From Camelus ferus (taxonomy: Eukaryota): a DNA stretch of 64,000 nucleotides. The notes under the pieces were generated by a model that was given only the letters and a program-made list of their open reading frames with translations, did not search any database and was not told where the DNA came from. Location of the stretch: assembly GCF_009834535.1 (NCBI RefSeq), contig NC_045697.1, forward strand, positions 103,232,001 through 103,296,000. Reading direction: 5' to 3'. The position numbers and the translations under genes are program-made. Shown piece after piece: positions 37,864 to 51,916 of the stretch (its first letter is position 1; the number at the start of each line of letters is the position of its first letter).

Positions 37864-38310
37864 ACTTGCAGCAACATGGATGGAGCTGGACATTGTCATA
37901 CTAAGTGAAGTATGCCAGAAAAAGAACAAAAAAAGACCGTGTGATGTCACTTAAATGGGGAAACAAACAAACAAAAAAACCCCAAAACAGTACAGATGAA
38001 CTTATTACAAAACAGAAACAGACTCACAGACATAGAAAACAAACTTCTGGTTACCAGGGGAGGAAAGAGGGTGGGGAGGGATAAACTGGGAGTTCGGGAT
38101 ATGCAGATACTAACTACTGTATATAAAATAGATAAACATCAAGGTCCTACTGTATAGCACAGGGAGCTATACTCAATACCTTGTAATAGCCTATAATGGA
38201 AAAGAATCTGAAAAGGAATATATATATATATATATATCTGAATAACTATGCTGTGCCCCAGAAATGAATACAACATTGTAAACCGACTGTATTTCAGTTA
38301 AAAAAAAAAA
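37864..38310 (+). mobile_element. L1 3' end
   Basis: ttgcagcaacatggatggagctggacattgtcatactaagtgaagt... with poly-A tail; TSD aaatagggcagg 37852-37863 / aaatagagcagg 38309-38320. Confidence 0.92.
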
Positions 38311-38859
38311 ATAGAGCAGGTAAAGACCACAGGTACATTTCAAACCAACCCTATGGCGTCCAGGAGAACCGGGCAGAGGCCGCCACGCTGCTGCTGGGAA
38401 GGGCACCCTCGGTTTTGCTAAGAAGTGGAAACGGGCAAGCTCTGCATCTTCACACATGTTCTCTTCAACAGATTTCCACTGATGCAGGAAGTGAAGCTCT
38501 CTTACCACCCAGCCCCTCAGATAAAACTGACTTGAAAGGGACACAGTCACCGAAGGCAACAACATTCCCAAGTAACTGTCTACACTGGAGGCCAACTTTA
38601 TTCTGTATAGAAAAGAAAAGATTTCTCCTGAGGGAGCAGAGAATTAGATGGGAGTCAGGCTGGATGCTAAAAATGCACAAAAGGACTGGCAATGTTTGGA
38701 GCAAAGAACTGATAGAGAAACTCTGACAAGTCAAGGCAGCTTACGCCTGGTTTAAGATCTCATCTATAAAGAGAAGGTACTAGGTTAACAGAGCCTCAGT
38801 CTCAGGCCAAACATGCAATGCTCTGCATTCGTCTCCACTCACGCCTGGAGGTGGAAGTG

Positions 38860-39310
38860 CTGTGGGTTAGTGCTGAGCTTGGAATCAGAGGGATCTGAGT
38901 CTGAATTCCGTATTGCCCACTTCACGGTGAAGTGCTCTTTGTCCACAACCTCTCAGTTCCATCACTGGAAAAGAGGTTTTAAAATACCATCTTTACTGGG
39001 GAGCTGTAAAGGGTTAAGTAAGATATTTTAGGTTAAAGTTCTTAGTACGTAGTACATGCTCAATAAAAAAGCAGCAACTGACGCATATACTGCTTGCCAA
39101 GTACCTGGCACTGCTCTAAAGTACTTTGTGTGCATTAACTTCATTGGATCCTCCCAAGAACCCTCCATAGGGTGGAGACCATTATTACCATCATCTGTAT
39201 TTTACAGATGAAGAAACTGAAGTACAGAGAAGGAGTTGCCCCTGCCTGTGGGCTGAGACAGGATCTGAACCCAAGCCTGTTGGCATCACATTCTGCACCC
39301 CTGCCCATTA
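38860..39310. mobile_element. Two adjacent MIRs in opposite orientation
   Basis: Plus copy ~38860-39070 (acaacctctcagttccatcactggaaaa...tagtacatgctcaataaa); minus copy ~39080-39310 (ttttacagatgaagaaactgaagtacagaga). Confidence 0.7.
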
Positions 39311-41222
39311 AGCTAAGCTACACTGCCTTCTGTTTGGTCTCCTGACATCTGGGGAACTCATGGACAACACAGAATCACAGATCCTCCTTGAAACCGACAG
39401 AACAGAAGGAAGAGACAGAGGAAGGGAGCACAGTTTCCATACGCAGGATCCTAGGTAACCAAAGAAGGCTTTTTCCATTGAGAAATAGAACAAGTGAAAA
39501 TGATTTCAGTCTTTACTTCTCTCTAGGAGTTAAAATACTCCCTGACTTTCTAAAACTTCCACAACCCAAGCCGGATCAGTTTGCAATCCTTAACATTCTC
39601 CACTGGCTGAAACCCCTGCTTCTCCGGGCAAGCTCATCTCTGTGATTAAGCCTAAATAGAGAGGAAAGGGTAAGCTAACCAGGTCATCAGGTGTTCGGAA
39701 ACCTCTATCTCCGCACAGAGATGAAGCCCACGGTGGCACTATGGCTACAAGACATCAGCATATTAATCTTTCAGCCGCCTAGACTGGCATCCAGGTCTCA
39801 GAAGAGGAGAAGGAAGGGGGAACCAAACTTGGAGCATGCCCTGTATAGCATGTGCTTACTGAGTGGGATCAGATCTCCAACAACCGTGGTCATCTTCAAC
39901 TCTCGGCCCGTGTTCTGAGGACGGATGTCCCCGCACTTGTAACTCAGCACTGGGCAGTGTCATTCTGAGAATGCTGAGATGGTAGTCCCACAGCCCCTCT
40001 CCTTCTCCTGGGCCTCACAGGGTCTGTTAAGTGCAAAAGCCCATCTGCTCTGCAGGGGACAAATTGCCCCCTCAGCCAGGCTGCAGGGACCGGGAGAGGG
40101 TGGTGGGGAGGGGAGGCCCAGGAGGTGGCCAATGCAGGATGAACCCTGTCTGCACTTTTCAGGGAGGAAAATGGTAAATGAAATGCAGGCTTAACTACAT
40201 ACTCAACTCTGAAGTACATCTGTGCCATCCTCTGACTGACAACTTAGGTGGTTACCGACTCTTGCAGAGTAGGAACCCCCCGTGAATGCCACAAGGTTTG
40301 TTCTCACTTCCTGACTCTCCAACTGCCTCCATTTAGTCATTTTACTGTGAAAAAGCCCCTCCATTGGAAAGAGAGGTTAGCAAGTGGAAAAGGCCAAATC
40401 TGCTCCCCAAAATGATTATTTCTGGTTAATATTTCTGGTAAAAAGTTGGCAGAGCAGCAGGTTGACTAACAGCTAACGGGGGACGGCACCGTCATTCATT
40501 CTCACTTACCAAAATCCCCACTGGCCACAACACACCCCCTCCGGCCCTGCACAACAACAGGCCCCCTGGAAGACTCAGCTAATTCGGATAAATACTCAGT
40601 AATTACTCAGAAGCAGCATCTGGAAACTGCTGGTGTACACTCAGAAATACCCAACTCCTCAGTTCTTTTCCTGCCTTTTGTGACTTAGAAAAGACAAAAT
40701 CTTGATCTATTCAAGTTTCTTTTTTGGATCAAAATGAAATGAACAATGAATGTGTATTTTGATTTTTTTTTTCTCCTGCGGAAAATCTCAGGGTGAAAAT
40801 AGGAGAGGGCCCGCTGTCACTGTGACCAGACAATTCCAGGCATTAGATGGCATGGGCTGCACAGTCAACAGCACGGGGCTGCAAAAAGAAAAGATTTACA
40901 ATAAATAATAAAACAGTCCATAAAAGATTACAGCTCTAAATAGTGATACATTTTGCTAAGTGCTGATTGTGGCACCAATATTTCCACCTTTAACATCTGA
41001 GTGCCAACAGGGAGCTTGGCTCCGTGCAGAATAAAAGGCCCATCTACTTAAAAACCACCCCTCCCCATGGGCCACCGCTGAAACCCATGCGTTAACGGGA
41101 ATTCTCATTAGGATGGCAATAGCAAAGTAGAACATGAAAAAGGAAAAGGAAAAGGTGGATACAGCATATGGAAGAGGAAGTTAAGAAAAAAACTTTATGC
41201 TTAGTAATGATGCTATAATTTT

Positions 41223-41319
41223 ATTTAAAAAAAATTTTTTTAACAGAGGTACTAGGGATTGAACCCATGACCTCATGCATGCTGAGCACATGCTCTACCA
41301 CTGGGCTATACCTGACCCC
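41223..41319 (-). mobile_element. Vic-1-like SINE
   Basis: gaggtactagggattgaacccatgacctcatgcatgctgagcacatgctctaccactgggctatacc. Confidence 0.85.
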
Positions 41320-43088
41320 AGGACACTGTAATTTTAAAGAAGCAACAGAGAAGACATTTTTTTTTTCTTTTTAAAAGACAGTAATAACTCTTCAGACTGA
41401 ACTTGGGGATGGCACATAGAAAAGAAAGATTGAACAAGAAAAAAAGACTTGGCTCTGCAATGAATTTTTACTCTGAATCCATAAGGATCTACATAATTTC
41501 AGGGTAAAGTGAAATTCTATTAAATATGACAGTTTTGGGTAAATCATCCTGAAGTGATATTCTGACTTCAATCTGCACAGAGACCAAATTTTCATTAATG
41601 AATAAAAAAAGATGATGTATTTTCAAAAAAAAAAAGCACTTAATTATCTATTCTGCTGGGTATCACATCACATAACAGGGCTTCCGTAACAGGATTTTTT
41701 TCCCAAGAGCTAGATAAAATATGTCCAAAAGGATGTGGGTTCATTTTATTTCATTTTTGTTTTATTTTAAGGAAATTTTAAGAACAAATGATCTGACAGA
41801 TATTTCTGAGAAGCTATATATTGCAAAAGGGGAGCCAGAAGCCCCTTTCTGGGCTGGAAAACTTCTGGGAGGCAATGTTTTTTCTCTCCAGTTGCTACCC
41901 GCTTCCCAGCGGACCCCAGCCCGAGGGCCACCTCATCAGACAGCAGTCTCTCTCTCTCCTGGTAACAGGGCAGCCTCAATCTCTACTCAGCCCCAGCTCT
42001 CAAGTCAGGTCATTGAAATACTAGCTTTCTGTACTGATATATCATTTTTTTTTTTTTTAAGAACTGAGATTTCATAGATGTATCTACAACCATTGTACTG
42101 GTATTTTAAAACTCTGACCTCTGAATCACATAGACCTTGAGACCAACCCCAGGAGTGACGCACGGCATTAGCATTTTGAAGTGAGCAGGAAGCACTATTT
42201 GAGAAAACAATCTTCCATGCCTCCAAAAGCCTCAAGCAGAGACAGGCGACAGACTACATTATTCCGAGAATAAATCTGACTCTAGTTCCAAGACTTTCTG
42301 ACTACGTGGAATAGGAATGCTGCAGACTGGAATGGATACAGGTAACTTCCATATGGAAGCTCCACGTATAGATCATGAAACTAAAGGAGACTAGAACAAG
42401 CCACATTTTCTATGAACAAAACCTAGACCTTGCTAATAAGAGCAGACTGTTACAGAACAAAAAGCGCTGTGTGCTTTTTTTTAAAAAAAGCTTTTCAAAC
42501 TTATCAAATAGGAAAGATGGCATTATTCAAAGACAAGGAATTGGGAAATATTTCAGTTAGTTATAACTACCTTCTCAACATTTCCTCGAGTACTTTAAGG
42601 TCAGAAGAAACCTTCTGAAAAGCTAGAATAGCCTGCACGAAAATCTGCTTACAACTCAGTAACAAAAGCATTGCCATGCTTTATTTTTAGATATTCCATT
42701 TAAGAAAAAAAAAGATCAAATAATATTATTCCATTTTCAACTTAATTTTCATGATCAATGCAGTTTTCTTCATTTTTAGGTAGTGCTTTTTTTCCTCAAA
42801 TATTACTGTCCTTGGTTAATTTATTTGCTAATAATTTATAATGGAATAAGCGATGCTTAATATTTATTTTTATATATTTACATATCTATCTGTTTTGTAA
42901 CATATTTATAAATGATTGCATTTGAAATACACTAAATGCTAAGTTCCACTGATTTTTGTAAAAGAATTCTGAGCACTCTTTACAACCCTCGGAAGTCCCT
43001 TTGCTCCAGTAGAGCAATCTCGCTTGTATGCCACTTCAGACAGTACATGGTCATCCTAACTTCTCACTTGGACCCTCAATTCCATTTT

Positions 43089-43238
43089 GTTTTTCTTTAA
43101 TTTTGGGGGAGGGGGAGAGAAGGGGGAGGTAATCAGGTTTATTTATTTACATTTTTTTTTAAAGGAAATACTGGGGATTGAACCCAGGACCTCGTGCATG
43201 CTAAGCACGCACTGTACCAATGAGCTATATCCTCCCCC
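43089..43238 (-). mobile_element. Vic-1-like SINE
   Basis: tactggggattgaacccaggacctcgtgcatgctaagcacgcactgtaccaatgagctatatcctcccc; diverged TSD tcaattccattt/tcaatttcactt. Confidence 0.88.
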
Positions 43239-44194
43239 TCAATTTCACTTTGGATGAGATTGTTTAGCTGATTTTTCTGAAATGGGCCCAGATATCAATA
43301 TTTTATATAAAAAGTCAATGCCAGTTTCCCTGTTAACTTTCTTGTCCTCGGTTAAAAAGGTAATCTGTACCAAAAAAAACCCCACAGCTTTAATGGCACT
43401 TGTGTTCACTGTTCCTCCCGAGGACTCCTATTCTTGAATGATTTTATTTATTTACTTATTGTAAGAAAAGAACCCTGGGTGGCAGGTCAGGGGATGGGGG
43501 TGGAGCAGAGTGGCCAAGATTACAGATGACTGCGAGCCTCTGACCTGAAGACAACCCTGCCCGTCTGAAACAGCAAGTTCCCTATTCAGGCTTCAAAGGG
43601 ACACAACAGAGAAGCCCTCTTCTGACCCCAGTGGGCTAGGCCTGGAGACCCGGTCATCCATCATGTTGGGGACAGATTTTCAAAGAAAGAAGGACTGTTG
43701 TGAGTAAAACGTCAGTGAATCGCTATACGCTGGCCAGCTTCAGCCCGGGTATTTATCTACAAATGGAGATGGCATTGCAGATTCAGCGGGTTTCTAAATG
43801 GGGCTTGTGGGCAGATGGAGAGCCAAGACCACTCCATCATTCTGCTGCCCGCACAGACACTAAGTTTTCTTTAATTTTTGGAGGTGACAAGAAAGCCGAG
43901 GTGTGCTGCTTTCTCATCACTGACATGGCTGCACACTCCGCTGGTGCTGATCACATAGAATCTTCTTGGCAATCAAATATCAATTGAACATGTTGTTAAT
44001 TCTGTAAGGTGTGCAATGGTATTCTTTATTTTTTAGAGGTACATATATATATCAAAGAATGGGGAAATGAGTGTTACGTCTGAGTTGTGATTTTAAATCT
44101 AAGGAGAAAAATATTGGTGAAGTAAGTGTGGCCCATATTTGTCCAATTGCAGGGATGGAGATTTGGTGGTTTATTACATTATTCCTTCCATTTT

Positions 44195-44339
44195 AAAAAA
44201 ATTTATTTATTTTGGGGTTTTTTTGGAGGGGTAATTAGGTTTTTTTTTTTTACTTTATTTTCCATGGAGGGACTGGGGATTAAACCCAGGACTTCATATG
44301 CTAAGCACGCTCTCTACCACTGAGCTATACCCTCCCCCC
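44195..44339 (-). mobile_element. Vic-1-like SINE
   Basis: ctggggattaaacccaggacttcatatgctaagcacgctctctaccactgagctatacc; TSD cttccatttt/cttccacttt. Confidence 0.88.
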
Positions 44340-44689
44340 ACTTCCACTTTGTTTTGAAATCAATATCAACAATCAAGCAAAAAGTCCAACTCAGACAAAC
44401 CACTAGACAAAATAAGAAATGCCAATTAAAAAAAATACCAAAGGGCAAATAAAAATGCCTCCTCATGAACAAAATGCTGGATATCATGAGGAATCAATAA
44501 ATGAAAAAGTTTTAATTGTAAGGTATAATTTTTAAGCTCCCAATGGGTAAAAGAAAGGTTAATGATAAAGCACAAAGACCTGTAAAATATTTCCTCTCTC
44601 ATTAGCTTCTGGTAAAATTGCAGATTCAACCTTTTCTGAAAGTCAAGTAGACAATTCATAGCAAAAGCCTGAAAACTGTGAATGCTTTT

Positions 44690-45030
44690 TTGAGTCAGTT
44701 TATCCCAGCACTGTTTATATTAGCAACAACTTGGGAAAACCAAACCAAACCAAACCCTTGCTATCCAATAACAGGAGGCTGATTAAATAAATTACGACAC
44801 ATGCAAACATTAAAAGAATAACATTGGGTTAGGTTAACTGACATGGAAGGAAGTTCTTAATATATTAGTAGGTCAAAGAGAAGATTATAAAACTGTGTAA
44901 GTGGTAGGATCCAATTATAATAGGAAAGTATACATCTATAAACAGATAAAAATTCAGCCAGGATACAAACCACCACCTTTAGCAGTGGCTGCCTTTGGGT
45001 AGCAGGGTTGATCGTAAGCGATTATTTCTT
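44690..45030 (+). mobile_element. Old L1M (L1ME-like) 3' fragment
   Basis: cagcactgtttatattagcaacaacttgggaaa...atccaataacaggaggctgattaaataaatta...actgacatggaagg. Confidence 0.6.
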
Positions 45031-46455
45031 CTCCTATAGTCTCCAGAAATAAAAGTTATTTTTAAAACTTAAAAAAAAAAGGATTAAGATTTACAGTTTG
45101 GGATCCTTTAAAGAGACTCTTGGTCTTTAAAGAGTAAGATGAGGGATGATATATTTGAAGGCAGTTGTAAAAGACACAGGCGGGGGCAACTGTATCTAAA
45201 TTCTGAGCCCATTAATATCCGTCAATGCAGTTGCAGAAGGCTCAAAGCTACAGAAGAAAAAGGCTGTTTAAAATAGTGTAGAAGAAAAGTAGAGCATTTT
45301 AGGAAGAAATATATTTTGGCAACATCTTCTAGTTTTCTTCTCCAAATGCCTTCTATTGAGGGCTGTCCTAAAGGCAGGCCAATCCTTACAACCTAACACC
45401 AAGTTTTCAAGGAACCATTCCCATTGCTGCAGCTCGAGCATTCATCCACCGCGGAGCCAGGAAACTTCTCAGGACAGGGAGCACCGTGCCAGGCCTTGTC
45501 GGGGCCGCTGAGGCGGGGAGGCCAGGCCCGGGGAGCCAGAGCCAAGCGCAGGCCACGGAAGTAAACCTGCACGTCCGGACCCATGAAATGTCAGCTCATG
45601 GAAAAACCTGGATCTCCCGCAGGAATCTGACTTTATTCATAAACAAGGACAATGGGCTTCTGCCGAGGCGAGCAGAGCAGAGAGGAACTCGGTCTTCCCT
45701 GCAGGGAGGCAGGGCCCTCTGTCCCGTGGCAGCTGTAGGTAACACCAGTGAAACGCGAATGGCCTTGGCCTGCTGCAGCATCCGAGAGGGCCTTTCAACC
45801 CTAGACAGAGGTCAACCCTTGAATATTGGAGACATTTCTAGTAACAACCATGGAGATACCCTTGAGCAAAAATCCCAGATTAGAAGAACAGGATTGAAGC
45901 CAGCACCTGAGCCACATGTCACGTGTCACCGCTGCATGACCTGTCAAAGGAGGATGTCTACGTACAGAGACTTACAAATTTACACCTCCCTCCTGACTGC
46001 TCTGAGTTACACAAACAAACAGACCACTGTTGTAAGCCAGTGGAAATAAAGGTGGGAGAGCCCATGGAAATGAAGAAAAGAGAGGCACGGCCCTCTTCAG
46101 ATCCTTGAGAAGGAGATTTAAATTGCCTCTTCACTGTAACAAATATTAAACAGTTCTGGAAGCATACTGTCTCAACGATAATGGCTCAATGGAGAGGTCA
46201 CAGATGGGAGGAAAAATGGGCATGATACCTACAGGACTACGGCAAATAGGAATAAGTACTGAGGAAGGTTTGGTGAAATAAGCAGGAAAAAACCTCAAAT
46301 GGCAGCAATGCACAAAGGTGCTTAAGGCTATATGTATTTTAAAAAAATATCCATTATTTAAGGATGAGTTTTAACTTCTCTGAAAAATGAAAACTTAAAA
46401 ATAAGTTGAAAAGGATAGACTGCCAATGAAAAGATTCTCCAGTCAGAATTTGTGT

Positions 46456-46645
46456 CAGGGCAGCTGCAGACAGTGGTGCAGGCTGTGCACTGCACAAAAG
46501 CATCCCACTTGGGGTGGAGTGGGGGCTACTTAACATTAGAGACATCAAAGATTTACATATTTATTATGACAGTATTCCAGCAGATGGCAGTATCTTGAAG
46601 AAGGGCATTTAAGAAAATTTGCAATGGCCCCCCTCAACAGCCTTG
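46456..46645 (+). mobile_element. MER91A-like hAT element carrying a CTCF-like motif
   Basis: cagggc...gtgcaggctgtgcactgcacaa...agatttacatatttattatgacag..ttccagcagatggcagta..cttgaagaagggc; motif CCAGCAGATGGCAG 46577-46590. Confidence 0.78.
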
Positions 46646-49600
46646 ACTTCACCAAAAAAGCACGGGACGTCCCAACTGCAGAGACTCCGTGAAATTAGTA
46701 GCAATTTCCATTTTTGAGAAACAAAATTCTGTGCATTTAATTTTCAAGTTACAAAATATAAACGGTAAAGAGAATATATGGAGAGCTACTCAGAAATCAC
46801 CAATTTCATTTGCTCTGTTTCCTGTTTATTTTCTTAATTGCTGCTGTCTAATCCAGTGTTCTTTTTATGTAATCTTTTACTTTTTAAGGGAATGGAGCAT
46901 TGTTCTCTTATGCCTTCAAAAAAAATGAAGGGGGGAAATTGCACAAATTGAAGCAGCACATCATGCTCTTACAAATTTGTGCAATTTCTATTACTGAATC
47001 ATAAATATTTAAGGACAGGCATCCAAATCATCACACAGGAAAATTCTGCATTGGATGCTTCCAAGCACATATGTCTTTTAGTAAACATTGTAAGTGCCAT
47101 TATCTAAATCATAGAAAAATAGCCTGCATTTCAAATTCTGAAAATTGGGCAAATTAAATGTTGGTAAGCACAGCATGATACGAAGTCTAGCTTTCTGATT
47201 TTCCCAGTTCTGTTTTTTGTCGAGCAATGGAGAAGAGCACAATTCAGGTAAACAATTCCTTGCTTTCAGAATAAAGCAAGCCAGGTGTGAGAAGTTTTTC
47301 TTATAGGTCTGCAATCTTATATCCCCATGGACACTGAAATATTAATGGGAAGAGAGAGAACAAATAACCAAGAGAGGGTTCTTGGCAGCCTTTGTTTGAA
47401 GTTCACAGTGTTACACAACATTGAGCATGTCCAATTCACCTGCCAGGAGCTATCTGGTTCTTACTCTAGAGTTCCATTTTCCTATCTCCATCTTATCCAG
47501 CATCTGGCTGGGTGATGGTCCATGTCAGAAGATGTAGATCTTCTTTTTATTCCATTAAATTTTGGGATCTGGTTATGATATCACACCTCATATATTTTCA
47601 TGTACAAATGATATTAGCTGGGTATCTGTGCCCTGCAGAACCTAGGGTTGTGCTGGGAGAGGAAGTAGAAAAATCAAGATTGTATTCGTCTCAAGCATTC
47701 AGTCCTTCTGTTCTCAAGGGTCTGGGAGGACTGTCTCCGCATCTCATCTGTCAGGTAGAACGGCGTTAACAACACTTAGCCCACGTGCTCTCTCAGAGGC
47801 GGTGCACAGACTTCTTTACACTTCGATTAAATTTCTGAGACTCTAAGGTTAAACAGGCAAAAGAGGACTGCAGTTTTAGCACTTACAGTGACGTTCCAAC
47901 TAAAGGACTGATTCAGTGGAGGTGCCCCTAGGAGGGCACAAACAAGGGCGGGAGGAAGGGTAAGGTCAAGGCATTGGGGAGCAGGACCACATGATCCAAC
48001 CATCCTGGCTGCTAAGAAGACTGACGTCTCTGCCTGGCCACATGGTGTGTGTGCCCTGGTGGGTTGTTTTCTCCTTTCCTTTTGGGAAATGATCCTAATT
48101 TAAGCAACTGAGTCTAAATTCTTAGGATGGGAAAAAAAAAAGGCATTCTCAAACCAGTTCTTTAAATGATGTTTGGAGTTTGTTTCAGAATAATCTAGGG
48201 GGAGGAAGAACAAAAGGAAGGGCCAGATGAAACAACATGGGTCATAAACTGATCATTGTTCAAACTCGGTGATGGGTATGTTCTCTACTTTTGTATGTTT
48301 GAAATTTTCCATTGGAAGGGTTTTAAATAAATGAGGTCAAGGGTCACTGATCCGGAATCCTGCCTGTTGTTAGTTTCAACCTTTAGCTTCACCTAAACCT
48401 TTTTTTCAAAAATGGCTAACACGGAATGCTGTCCAACATTTTCTCTTTCCATATCTCCCCATCTTATAATGGAGGTATTAACAAACAGCAGAATCGCAGA
48501 TGGACAGCCCGTGATGAGAGAGGAGTGGATGAGGAGGGAGGTGTGATCATCAGCTCTTAGGGGATAGGGAGTCACCTGTGCACACATCCACGGGCTTCCT
48601 GCTGCCCTGGTGCCGGGGCATGGAAACCAGCACCCTCACATCCCACCGGTAAGCACATACTGGGATGCCAAGCTACAGAGTGTTTCCTCCTGGGTTGCTA
48701 CACTTTTTCTTCGTTCTTGCGGTTGGAATGAGAGGCAAGGTCGATACGATAAACTATGGGGGGAGCGGTGGGATGATAAAGGACAGGGAGAGAATCGGAG
48801 AGAGCTTCTTTCTTCACCGTTGCACATCTCTCCTCTCCCCTGGTTCCCCTAGATATCCAGGGGAACCGCATGGAGGAGCTCAGGCACCCATGGGTATTTG
48901 GCAGTCCCAAGGCTGCCCTTCACTAGTATGCTGTCTTAAGTGCACCTAGCAACTCTTAAACACGGACGATTCCAAACCAGGATTCTAATCATGAGTCACC
49001 AGTCGGCTTCTTCCAGGAAAACAAACTTGGGAAATCTAATAACTAACCAAACATCTTACTAAGTTCCCTAAACATCTGGAGAGATGAAAATCTGGATGCT
49101 TGATGTAAATCTTTTTGGAAAATATTACAAATCACGCCTTAGAACATAACCTGCGTTAGCTGACCTTGTGCATACAAATTACGAGTGCCTTTTGTATTCG
49201 TATCCAGGAATCAAAAATGAAGAGAGAGAGTTGGCATTTCCCCCCCTCGTATTTCTGCTATCAGTTAACGCAGGTGAAAGAGGGTTTCCTGGCACAAAGC
49301 AGCATGATTCTCTTCCCCCTGAAGTAACGAGGTGAGAAGGTAAAAGGAGACATCTATTTGAAGAGAGGCACCTCTTCCTCTGCTTTGGGCAGAAGATCTG
49401 ATTTGGATTTCTTCTTACTCATAAGCTCCCAGCAACAGGAGAATTTAAGGATCGCTTCGTCTTCTGCCAAATGGCTAAAAAAAAAAAATTATCTTCTATC
49501 CTATAATTATGCTCCAGTCCCAGCCAAGGCAACTTAGGCCGTGAGGCACGTTTCACTGGTTTGGGGCTAGTTCAAACCTCTCCTTACCTCTTCCCAGAGA

Positions 49601-51542
49601 ACACCTGAAAAGCATAAAATAACATGGTCTCGCAGCATACCTTTCTGTAATATAAATATTATCATGTAATCCTAAAGAGCCGGCAGAAAACCTCCACAGG
49701 AGATGCTGCCGGGATCCCGCCCTCATCCCATTCACTGCACTAGCACGCTCGCCCTGCGGTGCTGGGAGCACGGGCTGCCAACAATGAGAACTGTCCCCAC
49801 CTGGGAGCCCCCTCACCTGGGAGGCTACACACCCACATTTGCCGCTGACGGTGGTGGGTGATAAGGGGGTACAAAGAGCTGGCGCCGTTGCAGGCAAGAT
49901 TTACTCTGTGGTGTAATTCATGCTCCAGAATTCTCTGCAGGATCGACCTGGAGCTAGAATCCAGCTGAAAAACACATCCTTGCTCAGTTCTCCTTCCCTC
50001 TCCTGCCCCACTGCCGTCCCTGTGGGTTTCTCTGCGAGCATGCCCTCAGTACAACACCTGCCCCCAGATCCCCCTTCGGGCTCTGCTTTGAAAGAGCCTG
50101 ACCTGTGACATGTCAGGAAGCAAATTAAAATGAGCACTTATTATTTTCAGTCTGCTGTCTTTCAGTGTCTACCCATCTGGCCAACTCCATGTGTTTAGAC
50201 CCACAGACACAAGCATAGATACTAAATAAATAGCCTTAAGATTACATGAAGAAGATAGGCAGGAATCTACAGTAGCTCACGTCTCCTATTTGGGCATCCA
50301 GTTTAATAGACAGAATCACCTTTCCATCCCCCAGGCCCATTTCCCAACACAAGGCACAGACCAGATCCCAAGACTCGTTTCCCATTTGTGTACTTCTGTG
50401 CAGAAGCAAGGCTCGCATCACCCTTGTGTTCTGTTAGAGGGAGGTTCTGTCCCTAACACGACATAAACCCTGTGTGAAGCAAGCTGGCTCTGTTTTAACC
50501 ATTGTTTGATATTTGACCATTCCCCAATTCCAATCCTTAGAATTAAAAAGAAAAAGCAACTCAGGTTAGGATTCAAAGGAGTACCATTCACATGTCAGAG
50601 GATGCTCTGAGGTCAGTTTGCATCACATCCAAAACAGAAATGCCATTGATCTTCAGTGGCAGGAATTCAAAACAAAACCAATCAACGGCTCCCCTAAGGA
50701 AGAACCTGAGTTTGCTCAGGAAAGCAAGGGCCCTTGACTCAAAGCCTTCCAGGCGGGAGACTGCCTCTCCTCTGAGCTCTTCCGCAGCGGTGGGGTCAGG
50801 GCTTGTTGACACCTGCCTGCCACGGTTCCGGCCCGGGTGGTCACGGGGGCTAGGGAAGAGGGGCCAGCTCCGGCCCGCCCTCTTCCACAGAGCAACCCGC
50901 CCTGGCTGACCTCCTCCAACTGCCTTTGGCACCTGGAAAGCATCCTCACCTATCGGTGGTAGTGGTATCGGCTTTCCAGTAAGTTTCGAAAGCACCTTGT
51001 TTCTCTTGCTTTTTAAATGTTTGCCCTCCTACCAATGCTGGGAGTGAAAAAGTTGGGGTATCCCTGGTGATGACAATGACCCGCCCACAGCTGCAAAGCT
51101 ACTCAGGAAGAGAGCTGCAGGGAGAACCTAGGTCTGCAGACGGAGGGAGGCTTTCCTGAGACGCAGACCCAGCTCCCAGGCACAGCCGTGCCGCCTACAT
51201 ACACTCTCAGGCCACAAAACCTCTGCCAAGAGAGTAGTATCTCCTTCGCGAAATTATTGTAAGGAATAAAAAACAAGGGCATCAGGAGAAACCCCCAGAA
51301 GGTGACGCCTATTAGAGGTTTGATGACTGTGAGTGGCCTTCCCCCTTGGTGTCCTTTGCTTTCCGTATTGTTTCCACCAAAGTTCAAAGACAAAACGGAG
51401 GTGGAGGGGTTGTGACTCTTCAAACCCAGTGGGAGAGAACGGCGTGAGGACGGCTGTTCAACACACAACGGGGGCCTGAGGGTCCCCACCGGGCGGGGCG
51501 GGGGCGGGGGTGGTGGTCGGAGGGGACCCCACAGCTGCCTAC

Positions 51543-51600
51543 CTGGTGGTCGTCCGGACGGTGTTTTCTTTTGTGTGATTGTGCTCTTTGCTCACCTTTT
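51543..51600 (-). CDS. ZNF827: ZNF827 internal coding exon (58 nt, phase 1-2; about exon 7)
   Basis: Acceptor ctttctccttacag|AA, donor CCAG|gtaggc. Encodes (E)KVSKEHNHTKENTVRTTT(S), in frame with the previous exon and matching the recalled ZNF827 sequence. Confidence 0.94.
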
Positions 51601-51883
51601 CTGTAAGGAGAAAGCATGAAACGGACACCTCTCAGGTGGTGCTTACTCAATTCGCGTTTTTAAGGCTGCAGTAAAAACACCCTCAACATTTCCCTTTCTC
51701 TCTTGTGGTTTTCTTCTGGTTTCTTTTTAAAACATTCAGACCCTTCCTATCTTACCGGTAAAGACAGTCACCCAAAGCACGTCGGTGGCATCTACTGAAA
51801 TAGTTTATTAAAAACCGATCCAAGGGGAAAGAGTTACTAACGAAGTACAAGTGTGCTGTCTGATTTTAATCAAGCCTCAGTAA

Positions 51884-51916
51884 ACACACACACACACACA
51901 CACACAGACACACACA
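51884..51916. repeat. (CA)n microsatellite (UG repeat in the ZNF827 pre-mRNA)
   Basis: acacacacacacacacacacacagacacacaca. Confidence 0.92.

Noticed and set aside
43089..44339. tRNA-like A/B box sequences as tRNA genes
   Set aside because: They have A-rich tails and TSDs and occur four times with divergence, so they are SINEs rather than tRNA genes.
45486..46049. 187-aa plus-strand ORF, and similar ORFs at 33579-34106, 26204-26656 and 37431-37877
   Set aside because: Non-ATG starts, no domain similarity, and GC-rich or repeat-derived sequence where stop codons are rarer.
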